A DNA stretch of 64,000 nt from the IMG/VR virus record IMGVR_UViG_3300013121_000017, positions 1 to 64,000 of that record. One strand, 5' to 3'. The stretch comes from a virus (taxonomy: Duplodnaviria; Caudoviricetes). A program made the translations under genes and the position numbers. Positions 38,886 through 49,800 of this stretch are shown here, piece by piece. Below the pieces are notes generated by a model. It was not told the origin of the DNA. It saw only the letters and a list, made by a program, of their open reading frames with translations, and did not search any database. Every line of letters starts with the position of its first letter. Within the stretch, counting starts at the first letter, position 1.

Positions 38886-39377
38886 ATGAGCAAAATCGAC
38901 ACGGCTGACATTCGGAAAACCAACAAGACGGACCCTTCTTTGGTGAAGAAGGGCGACCTGATGGCCATCACCTACTACGTCAAAGTTGAAGACGTGCGTC
39001 GAAATGGCGAGCAGCTTTCCGTCCGCGATGTAGTCGGCGACACCGGCGGCATCGATGTGAATGGCAAGAGTCTGATCGTGAACGCTCTCTCCGCTGACCA
39101 AGCTGCCGAGACGGTGAAGGTCACGAAGACACAGTGCGCACAACTTCTGATCGAGTCCACGAACAGACCGTTCACGGTCGTGTTCGAGAAGCAGGATGGC
39201 CAGGAGAGAACGCTTCGCGGTCGTCTCATCAGCCACGAAGCACTCCTGGGCCGTTCGATGGTCGAAGATCTCGACATCGACCAGAACGACAAGAAGGGCC
39301 GCACCCGTCTTGTCGATCACCGGACACTGAAGTCGCTGACCGTGGACGGCGTCAAGTACGAGATCAAGGACAAATAA
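38886..39377 (+). CDS. hypothetical protein (possible SH3/WYL-like barrel at the C-terminus)
   Basis: GGAGG RBS; TTGACA at 38828 upstream; FTVVFEK.DG.ERTLRG motif. Confidence 0.7.
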   Translation: MSKIDTADIRKTNKTDPSLVKKGDLMAITYYVKVEDVRRNGEQLSVRDVVGDTGGIDVNGKSLIVNALSADQAAETVKVTKTQCAQLLIESTNRPFTVVFEKQDGQERTLRGRLISHEALLGRSMVEDLDIDQNDKKGRTRLVDHRTLKSLTVDGVKYEIKDK

Positions 39378-39469
39378 CCCGAAGAGTCACGTCGCCGAAA
39401 AGGCGTGAGGTGTGGACGCGGGGGAGGTCAGAGTGATCTCCCCCTGAGAGAAGCACGATAGGGAGCGAA

Positions 39470-40540
39470 TCAAGCCGGGCGAGCAGCCCGGCTTTTTGCT
39501 TTTGCATACTCCGTCAAATCAACCATCCGGCCCGTCTTACCGAGATGGTGTGGGCTGTAGGCCAATCCCACATCCAGATTGACGGCTTTGTTTTCCGCAT
39601 AGAAGCTCGGCAAGAACTCACCAAACAATCGCGTATGTCCGTGGGCGACCATCGTCGCACCCGGAGCGAAATACTCGATGTGACTTGGGATGTTCTTCTG
39701 ATTGTCTTCCCAGTAACGGCCCGATGTCAGTACGCCCCAAAGGTCAAAAGCCGGCGCACAGCTTGGGTGTAACATGATGCCCGTCGTGGCGTGATTGGCC
39801 TTCTCCATCGGTGTTCCCTCGAACTCCTCGGCAACACGTTCGAGGTACTTGTAGGCCCGATGAGAATCACAATGCTGAAACAGCACGTTGTTCTTCTTGA
39901 ACATTGCCGGCCACGTTACAGCCCAGGTCATGAGTTCCTTCGACTCGGTCACCAACAGCAAATCTTCGAGGTTCATGCCGTTGTAAAGCATGTCGCCGAT
40001 CTGGTCTTGGAAAACGCGAAGTTCTCGCTGCTCATCCGGCAGCATGTTCTCATCAATGCCTTGCGGCTTTGGAAGTTCAGGCTGCTGTGCGTAGGTGAGT
40101 ATGACATTCATGGCCTCGCCGTTCTTGGTATAGCGTGCCATCTTGTACGATGCGGGATCGGCAGACGACATCTCAAAGAACTTCTTGCGGTCGTGCATTT
40201 CATTCTTCGGGATCAGAGCCGCAAACCGTTCACGCAGTTCTGGCCTACGGATCAAGAAGACAGCACAGTTGAGGAAGCCAACGTCATGATTCCCCATCGT
40301 GACAACTACCTCGCCCTTCTTCTGCTCGGCCTGGAGCTTCAGGTCATATACCTTTTTCATGACCTCGTAGCCTTGTGGGCCACGGTCGGTAAGGTCGCCA
40401 ATCAAGACGAGGGTTCCGTTCCTCGCTTTCCAGTCGCCGTTGCCGTCAACGACGCCTTTCTCTTCGAGGTTGATGACCATTTCATCGAGCATGCCGTGAA
40501 TATCACCTATGGCATGAAGGGTGGGCTTTTTCTTTCTCAC
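39470..40540 (-). CDS. calcineurin-like metallophosphoesterase (PPP-like)
   Basis: GDIHG, GDLTDRGP, GNHD and GHT motifs, with a large helical insert. Confidence 0.9.
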   Translation of the reverse strand: MRKKKPTLHAIGDIHGMLDEMVINLEEKGVVDGNGDWKARNGTLVLIGDLTDRGPQGYEVMKKVYDLKLQAEQKKGEVVVTMGNHDVGFLNCAVFLIRRPELRERFAALIPKNEMHDRKKFFEMSSADPASYKMARYTKNGEAMNVILTYAQQPELPKPQGIDENMLPDEQRELRVFQDQIGDMLYNGMNLEDLLLVTESKELMTWAVTWPAMFKKNNVLFQHCDSHRAYKYLERVAEEFEGTPMEKANHATTGIMLHPSCAPAFDLWGVLTSGRYWEDNQKNIPSHIEYFAPGATMVAHGHTRLFGEFLPSFYAENKAVNLDVGLAYSPHHLGKTGRMVDLTEYAKAKSRAARPA

Positions 40541-40557
40541 GATTCTCCTTTACTGAC

Positions 40558-41304
40558 ATGATTATCGTCACCGGCTCGAACGGCCTCCTGGGATCTGCTC
40601 TTCGTAAGAGAGTGGGGGCCAACCCCAACTACATCTGGGCCACCCGTCAACATTTTAACATCGAAGACGAGAACGCCACAAAAGACTTCATCACACCGAT
40701 CCTGAAGGCACACCCAGGTGACGTGGTTGTTGTCCATCTCGCCGCATACACGGCCACTAGCAGGGCTGAAGTCGAGCGAGAGAAGTGCTACCGAGCCAAT
40801 GTGGTAGGTACACGCAATATCGCCAAAGTCAGCCCGTTCATGTTGTATGTTTCAACCGATCATGTCTTCGACGGTACTAAGGGCAATTACAACGAAGGCG
40901 ACGAGCCGTGTCCCTGGAATCACTACGGGTGGACCAAGTTAATGGGTGAGCGTGAAGCTCTGTTGGCGGGAGCGGAACGATGTGCTGAAAGCGGCGACAA
41001 ATGGGGTTCTATGACCCGCATCATTCGCTGTACATTCCGTCCGAAGCCATTTCCGTATCCCGTCGCTTGGAATGACGTGTTCACGACCGCTATGTGGGTT
41101 GAAGACATGTCAGAGGCACTTGAATGGTGCATCAACAACCTCATCCGCCTCCCGCCCGTCCTCCACATCGGCGGCAAAAAGCAGGACTACCACTCGTTTG
41201 CTGTCGAAAACGGCCCGGTCACTGCTGGACCAGCCCCGTCTGGGTTCCCCAAAGACCTCTCACTCGACTCGTCCAATTATACACGCCTCAGAGGGAAGTT
41301 GTAA
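40558..41304 (+). CDS. RmlD-like NDP-4-keto-sugar reductase
   Basis: TGSNGLLG, HLAAYT, NVVGT.N, STDHVFDG and YG.TK..GE motifs. Confidence 0.9.
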   Translation: MIIVTGSNGLLGSALRKRVGANPNYIWATRQHFNIEDENATKDFITPILKAHPGDVVVVHLAAYTATSRAEVEREKCYRANVVGTRNIAKVSPFMLYVSTDHVFDGTKGNYNEGDEPCPWNHYGWTKLMGEREALLAGAERCAESGDKWGSMTRIIRCTFRPKPFPYPVAWNDVFTTAMWVEDMSEALEWCINNLIRLPPVLHIGGKKQDYHSFAVENGPVTAGPAPSGFPKDLSLDSSNYTRLRGKL

Positions 41305-41381
41305 ACCCCTGATGACGTGTTTCACTATGGAAATCATGGTAGTTTTTCGTTAAGATGAAGGCAATCAAGGGGTAGAAGACC

Positions 41382-41867
41382 ATGAAGATCACAAAGATCA
41401 TCTCGGGCGGTCAAAACGGGTCGGATCAAGCTGCTCTTCGCGCTGCCAAAGCACTTGGCTTTCCGACAGGCGGTTGGATGCCGAACGGCTGGCAGACCCT
41501 CGACGGTCCACGCCCCGAGTTCGAGGAAATGTACGGCATGAAGGAATGCTATGCCGGTTACAAGGCCCGCACCGAGGCCAACGTCATCGACTCCGACGCC
41601 ACACTCCTCTTCGCCTCCGACTTCAAGTCTCCGGGCGAACGCTGCACATTCAACGCCATCCGCAAGTTCCAGAAGCCCTATTTCAAAGTCCACCCAACTG
41701 AAGACAAGCTCGAAGAAGCCCTGGCATGGCTACGATGGGTCGAGGGGTCTGTGCTAAATGTGGCCGGCAATAGTGAATCAACCTCCCCAGGCATTGGCGA
41801 ACAAGCCTACCTATTCCTGTTCACGCTCTTTGAACGTCATCGAATAATGGTTGGCGACGGTAAATAA
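41382..41867 (+). CDS. SLOG-superfamily protein (putative molybdenum carrier family)
   Basis: ISGGQ.G.D.AAL, RTEANV.DSDATL and LNVAG motifs. Confidence 0.85.
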   Translation: MKITKIISGGQNGSDQAALRAAKALGFPTGGWMPNGWQTLDGPRPEFEEMYGMKECYAGYKARTEANVIDSDATLLFASDFKSPGERCTFNAIRKFQKPYFKVHPTEDKLEEALAWLRWVEGSVLNVAGNSESTSPGIGEQAYLFLFTLFERHRIMVGDGK

Positions 41868-41880
41868 AGGCTGAGGAGGA
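41861..41880 (+). promoter_or_regulatory. TAAATA plus Shine-Dalgarno leader cassette
   Basis: TAAATAAAGGCTGAGGAGGA is 19/20 identical to the minus-strand leader at 10888-10869. Confidence 0.65.
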
Positions 41881-41882
41881 AT

Positions 41883-42434
41883 GTGTCTGACGAATTCACA
41901 ACATTAAACGTTGGGGCCGGCGGCAGTACGATGGACGAGACGGGAGTTGTATTCCCGACGAGTCCGACAGATCGTAAGCGGCCCCGCGTCGTCATCGGCG
42001 GCGACACTCCAGAATCTCTCGTACCTGTAATCAACGCAGACCCAGCCGCAGATGCCTATGGTGCTGTCGTTCGCAACATCGTCGGCAAAGAACACCCCGG
42101 CACAGCCCTGTGGGAGTGCGGCACAGTCACCCTGGTTCCGGTCGGCCCCGAATCAACAGTCGCAACTTACACCGTTCCAGCAAACAAGACTCTCTACGTC
42201 GCCAGCTTCTATGTTTCCGGCGATGTGAACGCACGGTTTTGCTTCTACTACGGCAGCAGCCAAATCATCATCGTTCGCACGTCTGTGGCCAAACTATCCG
42301 AGTCGGTCTTATTCAGTGTCGTCCGGCCAGCCATTCCAAGCGGTTCAACCGTCACCATCAAAGTCCTACACGGGGCGACAGGCATCCAGGCTAATTTTGA
42401 AGCGACCATTCTCGGCTATCTGGTAGACTCGTAA
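41883..42434 (+). CDS. putative virion structural protein
   Basis: Beta-rich C-terminal domain (YTVP..KTLY) resembling that of 44864..46291; TAAATA and GAGGAGG in the leader. Confidence 0.6.
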   Translation: MSDEFTTLNVGAGGSTMDETGVVFPTSPTDRKRPRVVIGGDTPESLVPVINADPAADAYGAVVRNIVGKEHPGTALWECGTVTLVPVGPESTVATYTVPANKTLYVASFYVSGDVNARFCFYYGSSQIIIVRTSVAKLSESVLFSVVRPAIPSGSTVTIKVLHGATGIQANFEATILGYLVDS

Positions 42435-42446
42435 CTAAGGTAGCAC

Positions 42447-43220
42447 ATGAACATAATCCAACGTTGCAAGCACGGCCTGATGATCTACAATCACAAGGAC
42501 GTATGGCAGGGAAAGTCCTTCGACGTTTATGGCGAATACTCCGAAGAAGAAGTCCGTCTCTACACCAAGGTCTTGAAACCCGACGATACCGTCATCGAGG
42601 TGGGCGGAAACATTGGCTCACTCATGGTTCCGCTTGCACGGATTGTACACGCCGGAATCGTGATGACATTTGAACCGGAACGCACCGCCTTCTACGCCCT
42701 GGCCGGCAACATCGCCATCAACAACCTCCGCAATGTATTCTGCTACCAGCAGGCAATGAGCAGCACAACTGGCGTTCTAAACGTGCCTGAACTCGACCTT
42801 GTCAAGACCAACAATTTCGGCGGTCTGGAACTCGACAAAGACTACTCGAACTGCCCTCACTACCCGGTAGGTGTGAACACCATCGACAACCTCGGGGTCC
42901 AGAAGTGCGGACTGATCAAGATCGACGTAGAAGGAATGGAACTCGGCGTCTTGGAAGGAGCCGTCAACACCCTCGACAAGATGAGTCCACACCTCATCGT
43001 GGAAGATGACCGTGAAGAAAAGTCAGTAGCGTTGCGGGACTTCATCAGATCGAAAGGTTACAAGATGTACCTGCATTGCGCACCCTTCTTCAACCCAAAC
43101 AACTGGAAAGGCGTCAGCGAGAACGTTTTCGGGAATGTGATTTCGATGAACCTCTTTTGTCACAAGCGGGAGATTGATTTTGATCCGGTCGCTGACTTCG
43201 GAATGCAATTAGTTCCTTGA
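42447..43220 (+). CDS. FkbM-family SAM methyltransferase
   Basis: YGEYSE.E, EVGGNIG, FEPE and IKIDVEGME motifs. Confidence 0.9.
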   Translation: MNIIQRCKHGLMIYNHKDVWQGKSFDVYGEYSEEEVRLYTKVLKPDDTVIEVGGNIGSLMVPLARIVHAGIVMTFEPERTAFYALAGNIAINNLRNVFCYQQAMSSTTGVLNVPELDLVKTNNFGGLELDKDYSNCPHYPVGVNTIDNLGVQKCGLIKIDVEGMELGVLEGAVNTLDKMSPHLIVEDDREEKSVALRDFIRSKGYKMYLHCAPFFNPNNWKGVSENVFGNVISMNLFCHKREIDFDPVADFGMQLVP

Positions 43221-44562
43221 CAACCCGAGCCACAACCGGCTCCCACTCAAACAACCTCTCCTGTCGGAAGATACGCATCGAAGGATACCACTCACTTTTC
43301 TCCACGTTCAGCAACCAACGCCAGTCGTTCAACTTGTCAACCAGCAACCACGTCGTTTTGCCCATCGCTCCAGCCAAGTGTGCAATGGATGTGTCCACAG
43401 TGATGACCAAATCCATCTGATCGAGGTAGTACGCAGTGTCGCTGAAATCCCTGAAACAAGGACTGATGTCCAAGACAGGAATTTGGCCACAATCAGCAAG
43501 CAAATTCACCGTTTTGCCGCCCCAATTTCTCGATGCCGCAGCATCCTTTTGGAAAGAATACAGCTTCACGTCGGCATCGAATAATGGCTCGAACATCTTC
43601 AGACGAATGGATCTTCGGAAGTCGTTCGTGTGGCTGGCGTTGCCGGCCCAGCACAACCCCACCTTCAACTTCCCCGTGCTGTCCAGTACGTCAGGAACGT
43701 CTCGCCCAGGAGACTTGATGTACGGCTTGTTGGGGATCGCTTTTGTGCCAGCATCAAACAGCCCAGGAAGGCTACAGATTGAAACTGCGTAATCCACACC
43801 CTCTGGGATCGGCCAAACCTCATCCTCTCTGGCAACGACACCTGAGAGGTTGAAGTTCTTGGCAAGAAGATCTGCTATCGACTTTTGGGATTCAAGAATG
43901 ATCTTGGCTCCCGTGCTGCTCTTCAGCTTCGGTAAGTACCTTGAGAATTGAATCAGGTCGCCTACGCCCTGCTCGTTGTAGACGTAGATCGTCTTGCCCT
44001 TGGTTTTGTCGCCGCGTTTGTAGTGGACAGGGAAGCGGTCGTGGATCATCTTGATCTTCTCGAAGGCGGCAAACCGCGTCTCATAAGCTTCCCAGCCTTC
44101 TTGCCACCGGCCCAGCGTCAGGTACGACGAAGCAATGTTGTATGCTGCAAGATTGTAGCCCGACGCGAACGCGGAGTTGGCATTCTTGTAAGCAGCGATA
44201 GCCCCCTCATGGTCCTCCATGTTGCTGAGGATTACGCCGAGGTTGTAGTACGTCTCGTAGGAATGTCCGTCCAGTGAAAGGGCGGTCATCGCTGCCCTTT
44301 TTGCCTCTTCAAATTTGAAGCCCAGATTCAAAACATGGGCAAGATTGACGTAGAACGCCCAACTTGCCGGATTCACCTTGATCGCGGTACGCAGGTATGA
44401 CTCTGCCTTGCGTAGATCGGCACAGTTATCACCCCAAATCAGGGCCAGTTGAACCAAGGCCCAAGAGATAGTTTGCTCCAGAGCATAAATAGCTTCGGAG
44501 GTTCTGCCGCTACCCGTGAGTGACCTGACCTCGGTGGTGATGTTTTGCAAAAACCGATCCAT
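43114..44562 (-). CDS. TPR-repeat protein with a C-terminal GT-B (GT9-like) glycosyltransferase
   Basis: TPRs, then GW..YE.R, EQG.GD.IQF.RY, KVGL.WAG, DLVITVDTS.AHLAGA.G, WRW and WYPS.R.FRQ. Confidence 0.9.
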   Translation of the reverse strand: MDRFLQNITTEVRSLTGSGRTSEAIYALEQTISWALVQLALIWGDNCADLRKAESYLRTAIKVNPASWAFYVNLAHVLNLGFKFEEAKRAAMTALSLDGHSYETYYNLGVILSNMEDHEGAIAAYKNANSAFASGYNLAAYNIASSYLTLGRWQEGWEAYETRFAAFEKIKMIHDRFPVHYKRGDKTKGKTIYVYNEQGVGDLIQFSRYLPKLKSSTGAKIILESQKSIADLLAKNFNLSGVVAREDEVWPIPEGVDYAVSICSLPGLFDAGTKAIPNKPYIKSPGRDVPDVLDSTGKLKVGLCWAGNASHTNDFRRSIRLKMFEPLFDADVKLYSFQKDAAASRNWGGKTVNLLADCGQIPVLDISPCFRDFSDTAYYLDQMDLVITVDTSIAHLAGAMGKTTWLLVDKLNDWRWLLNVEKSEWYPSMRIFRQERLFEWEPVVARVVKELIAFRSQRPDQNQSPACDKRGSSKSHSRKRSR

Positions 44563-44590
44563 AGCGGTACATAAGTGTCGAAGGAGAAAA

Positions 44591-44830
44591 ATGAGCGACC
44601 TGTTCTCGAAAAGCCGAAACCTGATCATCAAGCGACACGAACACGCCAAGCTTGTGGCGCTCGCCAACATACAAGCTCGGGAGATCAGAATCATCGAGGT
44701 CGAAGAAGAAATTCAACGAAACAAAGAAGACATCGAGGCCCAGAAAAAGGTCATCGAAGAAGCAGACAAGAACATCAAGCAGCAGAAGGAAGAAATCGCT
44801 GCTGAGGCGAAAAAGAACGAAAGCAAGTAA
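44591..44830 (+). CDS. small coiled-coil protein
   Basis: AAGGAG RBS; TACATA at 44568. Confidence 0.7.
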   Translation: MSDLFSKSRNLIIKRHEHAKLVALANIQAREIRIIEVEEEIQRNKEDIEAQKKVIEEADKNIKQQKEEIAAEAKKNESK

Positions 44831-44863
44831 GCGGCAACACAAGCCTAGCAATCAAGGAGAACA

Positions 44864-46291
44864 ATGGCAGACATCCAAACACAGTTGCCGATCAAAATCA
44901 CTGACGGCTCAAACACAGCAGCCATCAGCGGTGCTTCAGCGTTGAAGGTCGATGGTAGTGCTGTAACTCAACCAGTCAGCGGTACGGTTACGTTGTCTTC
45001 GCAGACCGTCACCCTGTCCTCGAACACAGTGACATTATCGTCTCAGACGGTGACGACCACCGCCGATCAAACAGTTGCTCCCGGCACAGTCGGTTCCAAA
45101 TCGTTGCTCGTCGGCATGGTGTACAACACAGCCGCGCCAACCCCGACAAACGGCCAAGGCTTGGCCCTCCAGTCTGACTCCGCAGGTAACCTGAAGGTCG
45201 CCGGTAACCTTACAACGACGCCGTCTGGTACTCAGGCCGTCTCCTACGGTTCTGGCACATTCCCTGTTTCCGGCACAGTGACTCTGTCGTCTCAGACCGT
45301 CACCTTGTCTTCTCAGACCGTCACGGCAGTTCAATCTGGTACATGGACCGTAGCCACAAACGCTGATACGAACCTCGCCGCCGGCACTGCACCGTCGAAG
45401 GCGTTGGTAACCGCCATTCAGTACAACTCGACGCAGCCCACGTTGACAACCGGCCAAACAGTTGCACAACAGTCGGATGTGAACGGCAACACCAAGGTCG
45501 CCGTTCAAGGAACGGCTGCCGTCACCGGCACAGTGACACTGTCTTCGCAGACCGTCACCCTGTCATCGAACACAGTGACATTGTCGTCTCAGACAGTGAC
45601 GACCAATGCCGAGTCTTCCATCGGTGCTGGCGCGGCCCCGACCCGCGCCCTCGTTGGTGCTGTAGTTTACAACACAGCCGCGCCAACACTTACAAACGGC
45701 CAGACAGCCGCTTTGCAAGGCGATGTAAACGCCAACCTCAAAGTTGTACTTCAGGGTACTTCAACAGTAACCAGTGTGCCATCCGGTACACAAACAGTAA
45801 CAGGCACGGTGACGCTTTCGTCTCAGACTGTAACACTGTCGTCTCAGACTGTCACGCTTTCGTCTCAGACTGTCACAGTTGGCAACTCGCCGACCGTCAC
45901 CATCGGAGCGACATCGGTAACACAGCCAGTATCGGGTTCTGTCACGGTTGTGCCAGAAACCTCACAAATTGTGACTTCTGCCGGGACCGCGACAACTATC
46001 GCGTCGGCATCTACTGGAACAATCTCATACACGGTAACGACTGCCAAGACGCTCTATTGGAAGGGATTCACGGCTGCTGCTTCGGGCGGTCCTTGCAAAG
46101 TCACAGTAGATTACGGTGCTGGACCGACACAGGTGTTGGTCGGATTCTTCTCGTCCGCCTCGCCGTTCTTGAACGTGACATTCCCACAGCCAATCTTGGT
46201 TGCGGCTACAACCGTGGTCAACATCAAGATTCAGAACAATGCTGGTTCGGCCCAGGACGTGTACGCGACAATCTTTGGCGCAGAACACTAA
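44864..46291 (+). CDS. Thr/Ser-rich repeat structural (fibre/decoration) protein
   Basis: 11 copies of VTLSS[QN]T and three YN[TS]..PT.T.GQ...Q.D...N.KV modules. Confidence 0.75.
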   Translation: MADIQTQLPIKITDGSNTAAISGASALKVDGSAVTQPVSGTVTLSSQTVTLSSNTVTLSSQTVTTTADQTVAPGTVGSKSLLVGMVYNTAAPTPTNGQGLALQSDSAGNLKVAGNLTTTPSGTQAVSYGSGTFPVSGTVTLSSQTVTLSSQTVTAVQSGTWTVATNADTNLAAGTAPSKALVTAIQYNSTQPTLTTGQTVAQQSDVNGNTKVAVQGTAAVTGTVTLSSQTVTLSSNTVTLSSQTVTTNAESSIGAGAAPTRALVGAVVYNTAAPTLTNGQTAALQGDVNANLKVVLQGTSTVTSVPSGTQTVTGTVTLSSQTVTLSSQTVTLSSQTVTVGNSPTVTIGATSVTQPVSGSVTVVPETSQIVTSAGTATTIASASTGTISYTVTTAKTLYWKGFTAAASGGPCKVTVDYGAGPTQVLVGFFSSASPFLNVTFPQPILVAATTVVNIKIQNNAGSAQDVYATIFGAEH

Positions 46292-46316
46292 TAGTTAGTG
46301 GATCTGAAAGGATGTC

Positions 46317-46805
46317 ATGGGCGACCTAACTCGAATTGACCAAGCTCAAGCCATCGAAATCACCGATGGCGTGTCGCAGACAGCCACCATTGCAACAGGC
46401 TTGCCGGGTGGCTCGGTTGCGGGCCTTGTCGTGCGCGAAGCGGCTCAAGGCCAACAGACTGCGGCCAACAGCCGTCCCGTTGTAATCGCATCTGATCAGT
46501 CAGACATCAACGTTGACATCAATGGTACGGCAATTACTTCCGCTACCTGCACCAACGTCACCGCATCCAACGTAACCAGCACTCAACTATTGGCGTCGAA
46601 CACGTCACGTCGCATGGCGATGTTTCACAACGACAGCAGTACCAACAGTGTGTGGATCAAGTTTGGCACGACGGCATCTGCGACCAGTTTCACCGTCGAA
46701 CTGCAACCACACGCTCTGTTTGAACTGCCGGTCCCCGTCTACTGTGGTGCGATTGAAGCACTCGGAAATGGCGCGACCGTGACAGTTAGAGTAACGGAGA
46801 TGTAA
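46317..46805 (+). CDS. putative structural protein
   Basis: GQ.T.ANS.PVVIASDQ motif and a beta-rich C-terminal domain. Confidence 0.65.
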   Translation: MGDLTRIDQAQAIEITDGVSQTATIATGLPGGSVAGLVVREAAQGQQTAANSRPVVIASDQSDINVDINGTAITSATCTNVTASNVTSTQLLASNTSRRMAMFHNDSSTNSVWIKFGTTASATSFTVELQPHALFELPVPVYCGAIEALGNGATVTVRVTEM

Positions 46806-46808
46806 TCA

Positions 46809-49800
46809 ATGCCAGTATTCAATCCGCCGCTGTTTGAACAAATCGGCGGCAATACTACCGGAACAACTGCTCTCATCCAGTCGGGTACACTCACGCTCGC
46901 TGGCGGCAACAACATCACGCTGTCACAGGCTTCTGGAAACGCCATAACCATCATTGGCGGTGGCGGCGGGATCGGCTACAGTGGCCCACAAGGCAACTCA
47001 GCCGGTATTGCTCAGACTATGACTTCTGGTACGCTCGTACTGGCCGGCGGCAACAACATCACGCTGTCACAGACCACAGACGGCAACGGTGTTACCCTTT
47101 CGGTCGTCGCTGGAGACTACGTCCAGGGTTTCGGTGTGTCTACGGATGGCAACACAGCGGGCTTTACCGGAACATTCAGCACAGGCAACTTGATTTTAGT
47201 CGGTGGCAACAACATCACGTTGTCCCAGGGCGCACCATACATCACCATCAACGGTCCTTCGGCTGATGGCGGAATCTACTACGGCGGCATCGCAGGCAAC
47301 ACAGTCGGTGATGCTGGAACCATGAGTGTCGGTTCGCTGGTACTAGCCGGCGGCGGAAACTACATCACGCTGTCGCAAATTACAGGCACAAACGGACACA
47401 CCGTCTCGATCTTGGGCGCAACTCACCCGTCGCTGGTTTTCTACAATATCGGCGGCAACACGGACGGCGATGTTGGAACCTTGGATAACGGCTCGTTGCA
47501 ACTTGTAGGAGCAGGCGACATTACATTGTCTCAGGGAACGGGCGTAAGCGGCATCACCCTCACAATCTCGTCACCTGTCCAGACTGTGCAGACGCAGAAC
47601 ATGATCGCGGCAAGCCTGAGCGGCAACACGGCTGGCGTGTTGGCTCTGGTTTCGAGCGGCACGTTGATCTTGGCTGGCGGGAACAACATCACCCTGAGCC
47701 AAAACGGTCAAAGCGTCACAATCTCTGGCGGGGCAGGCGGTGCTGGACTAAGTGCTGGCGTGTCCAATGCAGGCAATACTGTTGGAGACACTGGTGTAAT
47801 ATCGACTGGCAACTTGGTGTTCGCTGGCGGCAACAACATTACGTTATCACAGGTAACGGACACTGCCGGCGCGACAATCACGGTTTCGGCCTTCAACCAG
47901 ACATTGCAGACCAGCAACGTCCACAACGTCACCTTGAGCGGTAACACCGCCGGTGTGATGGCACAGGTTTCCAGCGGTACGCTGACCCTGGCTGGTGGTA
48001 ACAACATCACGTTGAGCCAAAACGGCAACGCCGTTACGATCTCGGGCGCGAACATCACCCAGTCAACGCAAACCCAGAACCTGCACAACGTCACCTTGAG
48101 CGGTAACACCGCCGGTGTCATGGCACAGGTTTCTTCTGGAACGCTGACCCTGGCTGGTGGTAACAACATTACGTTGAGCCAGAACGGCAACGCTGTCACC
48201 ATCTCGGGTCCGAACACGGTTGCAGGTGTAGCGGGTGGTATCTCGAACCTGGGCAATACAGCGGGTACGAGCAGTACGTTCAGCACAGGCACGATTGTGT
48301 TCGCTGGTGGCAACAACGTCACGCTCTCTGAGGCGACGGGTGCTGGTGGTGCGACGATCACGATCTCAGCCTTCAACCAGACAACGCAGACACAGAACCT
48401 ACACAACGTCACCCTGAGCGGCAACACCGCTGGTGTGATGGCCCAGGTTTCAAGCGGTACGCTGACGCTGGCTGGTGGTAACAACATTACCCTGAGCCAG
48501 AACGGTAATGCCGTTACGATCTCTGCCTTCAACCAGACGACGCAGACGCAAAACCTGCACAACGTCACCTTGAGCGGTAATACCGCTGGCGTAATGGCAC
48601 AGGTGTCGAGCGGCACGCTGACGCTGGCTGGTGGTAACAACATTACCCTGAGCCAGAACGGTAATGCCGTTACGATCTCGGGCGTCAACACCGTAGCACA
48701 GACGACCCAAACACAGAACCTGCACAACCTGACACTGGCCGGCAACTCGACTTCGGCAGGTGCTGGTTACATTCAGGTTTCGAGCGGAACACTGACGCTG
48801 GCTGGTGGAAACAACATCACGCTGTCGCAGAACGGCAACGCGATCACCATCTCTGCTGGTGCGGGTGCTGGCGGCGTAAACGTCGGTGTATCCACCGTAG
48901 GCAACACGGCTGGAAGCACTGGCGTGTACGGCACAGGAAACGTGGTCCTGGCCGGCGGCAACAACGTCACGCTGTCGCAATCGACAAATGCCGGTGGTGC
49001 TACGATCACCGTTTCGGCTGGTGCGGGCGGCGGCGGCATCGCGGCCAGTATCGGCGGCGGCAACAGCACGTCGGCTGGTGCGGGTTACTCGAACATCACC
49101 AGCGGCACGCTGTTTCTGGCTGGTGGTAACAACATTACCCTGAGCCAGAATGGGGCGTCTATCACGATCAGCAGCCCTAACCATATTTCCGGTTCGCTAT
49201 GGCCGTCGCCGCTGCCAGTCAGCACGTCTGCATCGACCTACGGTAGCGGTAGCACGTCGGCTGGTGCGGGTGGTAACTCAACACAGAGCGGCTACACGTT
49301 CACTCTGTATGCCCAGCCGGTGATGATCCCGACCCCGATTGTCTTCTCCAAACTTCAGGCCGTCATTTCCAACAACACGTCTGCTGGAACTGGTTCTGCT
49401 ACGCAGATGTGGTCGTTCGGTCTGTACACACTCAACGGTGCGAACCTGTCGCTGGTGCAAGATTTTTACGGCGGTGTTGTTGTCTCGCAGAACTCGCAGA
49501 CAAGCGTCATCTACAGCGTGTTTACGTTCAGTACAGCCGGCCAATCGTCGGACGCCCGTGGCTGGGCCGGCATTACCGGATCGGCTGGCAGCATCGCCAG
49601 TGCAAACGGCGTGACGATTAGCTCGGTAGCAGGCGCATATGCGGCAAGGATCGTTGAACTCGATGACGCGGGCCAGAACATCACGCTGTCGGGTGGAAAT
49701 TACTGGCTGGTCAAGGGCTTCTACCAGCTTACGTCTAATGCGAACGTTCTTAGCCATGTCGGGTGGGTGCAACAGGCCCAACTATCTGCGACACACCTAT

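Noticed and set aside
47708-49184. Long antisense ORFs over the repeat fibre gene
   Set aside because: Antisense shadows of a repetitive, codon-biased gene.
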